Source: Opitutales bacterium (lineage in GTDB: Bacteria; Verrucomicrobiota; Verrucomicrobiia; Opitutales; PNEW01). Taken from it: a DNA stretch of 64,000 nucleotides. The stretch spans positions 896,001 to 960,000 of the forward strand of contig CBDANS010000006.1 in NCBI GenBank assembly GCA_965197745.1, read 5' to 3'. Made by a program: the position numbers and the translations under genes. Positions 61,582-64,000 of the stretch are shown piece by piece (position 1 is the first letter of the stretch; every line of letters begins with the position of its first letter). The notes under the pieces were generated by a model. It was not told where the DNA came from and made no database searches. It was given only the letters and a program-made list of their open reading frames with translations.

Positions 61582-62550
61582 TTACAAGGGCCGTCCGGGT
61601 AAAGTTTGCGCGCCGTGTTTTTTATCCCAGTTGTCCTGTGCTGTCTGCAATACACGCATCGTGGGCAATACCGACTCTCCGGTGACCGCGGGTGGGCGGC
61701 TCTCTTTTACGGCTTGAACAAAATCCCGGGAGACAAGCGCACAGTTATCCGCTTCCAGGTCCATCGCTTGTTCACCATCACCCGTGGTAAGCTTATTTCG
61801 AGAGTAGTCTATTCGATATGAATTGCGATCGGTAACAACCAGGACATCCCACATATTCTCTCGGCTGTAATAGGATCCGGTACAAACCAGCGACTGGTCT
61901 TTTTCGGTTTCAATTCCGAGAAAAACATCCATCGGTATCCCGGTATGGGGATCCGGCAGGGGCATGAAACTGTGTACCTCGCGTACCGGATTGTTCAGTA
62001 ACCATAAACCCAAATCCAGGGAGTGGGTAATGTGATGCCATAAAAGGTTATCAGTCCAACTTCGGCGGTACCCGGTTCCCCCCACATTTTCCAAACGGTG
62101 AATATAAAATCGCGTGATTACCTGCCTTATATTTTCATCGCCAGCTAATGTTCTATTCCGCAGGGCAATAGTCTCCGCTCTAAAGCGCAGAGGGTGCACA
62201 ACACCCAAAGCTAATCCGCTCTTCCTGCCGGCATCAACGACGCGTTCCGCGTCATTCAGATTCATCGCGATCGGAATTTCAACAAGAGTGTGCTTACCCG
62301 CGGCCAGTGACGCCAGCGCGTCTTTCACGTGTAATTCACTGGGCGTTGCAAGAATTACAATATCGATGTCCTTGTCAACGAGCGCCTCGGAAAGATCCAC
62401 CGTCCACTTGCGGTAGGCGTATCGCTCGGCGAATGCCTGGGTCGGTTCGGGACGTCTCCCGACAATCGTGTGGAGACAACAATCGCTGTCTTTCAGGGCG
62501 TCGGAGTGCCACACCCCCATCATCCCGTGGCCGACCATGCAGATATTCAT
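61582..62550 (-). CDS. Gfo/Idh/MocA oxidoreductase, LigC-like
   Basis: GHGMMG, TPSELH, GKHTLVEIP, RSWTDNLLWHH. Confidence 0.85.
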   Translation of the reverse strand: MNICMVGHGMMGVWHSDALKDSDCCLHTIVGRRPEPTQAFAERYAYRKWTVDLSEALVDKDIDIVILATPSELHVKDALASLAAGKHTLVEIPIAMNLNDAERVVDAGRKSGLALGVVHPLRFRAETIALRNRTLAGDENIRQVITRFYIHRLENVGGTGYRRSWTDNLLWHHITHSLDLGLWLLNNPVREVHSFMPLPDPHTGIPMDVFLGIETEKDQSLVCTGSYYSRENMWDVLVVTDRNSYRIDYSRNKLTTGDGEQAMDLEADNCALVSRDFVQAVKESRPPAVTGESVLPTMRVLQTAQDNWDKKHGAQTLPGRPL

Positions 62551-62553
62551 AGT

Positions 62554-63537
62554 TTATTGATCGACACGATAGAGCGGTTCTTTTCCCGCCGCAATTTGTT
62601 CCACATTGCTGGCCGCGGCCCCCGCCCGTTTGCGGGAGGTTCCATCCGTTACTCCGGAGATATGATTGGTGGTAATAATATTCGGCAAGTTAAAGAGAGG
62701 TGAACTGAGATCGGGGGGCTCCTGGCCGTAGGCGTCAAGTCCGGCTCCGCTGATTTGTCCCTTCTTTATAGCTTGCGCCAATGCTTCTTCGTCTGCCAAT
62801 GCGCCCCGCGCCACATTGATAAAAAAAGCGGACGGCTTCATCAGACCGAACCTGCGCGCGTCAATGATATGTCGGGTTTCTTTATTCAAATGCAAGTGCA
62901 CGGATAGGACGTCAGATTCCGCCACCACTTTATCGAGAGCATCCGGCTTTCCAACAAAGGCCAGGCCGAATTCACTGATCTCATCTTCACCCACTTCGCG
63001 AATATCGATTGCGGATATTATCATCCCAAAAGGTCCCGCTCTTCGCGCCAGTTCAATCGCGCTGGCGCCGAATCCCACCAGGCCCAGCTTCAAGCCAACG
63101 AGTTCTCTCCCTATTGGCCGGTAAAATTTTCCCTTCATCAAGTTCGCCTGGGTCTCATCATATTGCCGTGCCAACATCAGTATAAACATCATCGCGCATT
63201 CCGCCAGGGCAACCGCGCTGAATGGCCCCGGACAGTTGGCAACCGGTATTTTTTTTTCACGCCAATAATCCATATCGAAATGATCGAGTCCAGTCCCAAG
63301 GATCTGCCACAGTTTTACTTTTCCCGCCGCGATAGCAGCCATTTCTCTTGTCCCTGCCGCTCCCCCGTGGTCTATGACGACGTCAACACCATCAAACTGC
63401 GGAGCTAGTGGCTTATTATAATCACAGATATTTAAATCGTGGCGGTCATCAATCGCTCTCACCACATCCGAGTCCCAGGGTGAAGCGATTTCTATGATGG
63501 GATGCGGTAAAAATAAAACTTTAACCCTTTTACTCAT
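62554..63537 (-). CDS. D-isomer-specific 2-hydroxyacid dehydrogenase
   Basis: GTGLDH, GLVGFG, INVARG, GAGLD...EP, NHISG. Confidence 0.9.
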   Translation of the reverse strand: MSKRVKVLFLPHPIIEIASPWDSDVVRAIDDRHDLNICDYNKPLAPQFDGVDVVIDHGGAAGTREMAAIAAGKVKLWQILGTGLDHFDMDYWREKKIPVANCPGPFSAVALAECAMMFILMLARQYDETQANLMKGKFYRPIGRELVGLKLGLVGFGASAIELARRAGPFGMIISAIDIREVGEDEISEFGLAFVGKPDALDKVVAESDVLSVHLHLNKETRHIIDARRFGLMKPSAFFINVARGALADEEALAQAIKKGQISGAGLDAYGQEPPDLSSPLFNLPNIITTNHISGVTDGTSRKRAGAAASNVEQIAAGKEPLYRVDQ

Positions 63538-63568
63538 GATTATGTATCTCTGTTTATAATCATCGAAT

Positions 63569-64000
63569 TTAATTTCCCCAATAAACTGATTCAGCGTTGC
63601 CCCCCATAATGGCCGCTAAATCCGAAGCACTCAAATAAGTATAGAAGCGCTCCTGGAGCGCCAGCACGCTGGCATAACTGCTGTTAAGTATTACATGGGG
63701 GAAATCGCTGCCCCAGATCAGACGCTTCGGACCAAATGTTTCGTAGAGTGCTTTAAAAATGTCGTGGCAATCGGCATAGGGCCAGGATTTATTTGAATGA
63801 TAGTAATAGCCGGTGACTTTTACCGAGATCTGGGGGAATTTAGCCAGCTTTAAAAGCGTTTTAAACTCCGGCGCGTCCCTCCCTGCGGTAACATCCGGGT
63901 GCGCCATGTGATCTATAAGAAGGGGAACTTGAGGGTAACGTTTCGCCAGTTTTGAGATCGTTGGCAAGTGCTCCCTATTAATAAGCACGTTTACCGCGAT
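63569..64000 (-). CDS. Amidohydrolase_2 family protein (lactonase-like), C-terminal part; start is beyond the window
   Basis: IDHMAHP, VKVTG, FGPKRLIWGSDFP, GGNA. Confidence 0.85.
   Translation of the reverse strand: MAVNVLINREHLPTISKLAKRYPQVPLLIDHMAHPDVTAGRDAPEFKTLLKLAKFPQISVKVTGYYYHSNKSWPYADCHDIFKALYETFGPKRLIWGSDFPHVILNSSYASVLALQERFYTYLSASDLAAIMGGNAESVYWGN

Overview
Bacterial chromosomal window, probably from the PVC superphylum (Verrucomicrobiota/Opitutia-like). That assignment is inferred from the rplY-pth-rpsF-ssb-rplI-dnaB-bamA order and the gene content. 1-4.7 kb: housekeeping operon. 4.9-20.3 kb: FAH hydrolase, a frameshifted hybrid kinase, tRNA-Arg(CCT), a sodium:solute symporter, a xanthine-dehydrogenase-family molybdoenzyme operon and two glycosyltransferases. 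20.8-29.2 kb: decayed accessory/defence patch with two dead IS3 elements, a DUF5677-like pseudogene, an N-terminally truncated type IIG-like RM gene and a GxxExxY pseudogene. 29.2-40.4 kb is the most interesting locus, an ABC-less type-I-like export cluster: TolC, three different membrane-fusion proteins (one fused to GAF-like domains, one fused to a PqqD/RRE-like domain plus an M50 site-2 protease), a tandem methyltransferase-like protein, a LuxR regulator, and two adjacent proteins with an N-terminal LExRxLL (LEPR-XLL-type) leader. 40.6-64 kb: sugar-acid/carboxylate catabolic genes, including a divergent GH67-like protein. Several families of short palindromic repeats occur in intergenic regions, often nested inside each other, and a 32-bp micro-insertion sits at the identical codon in two divergent IS3 transposases. 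All calls come from reading motifs by eye; no database search was run.
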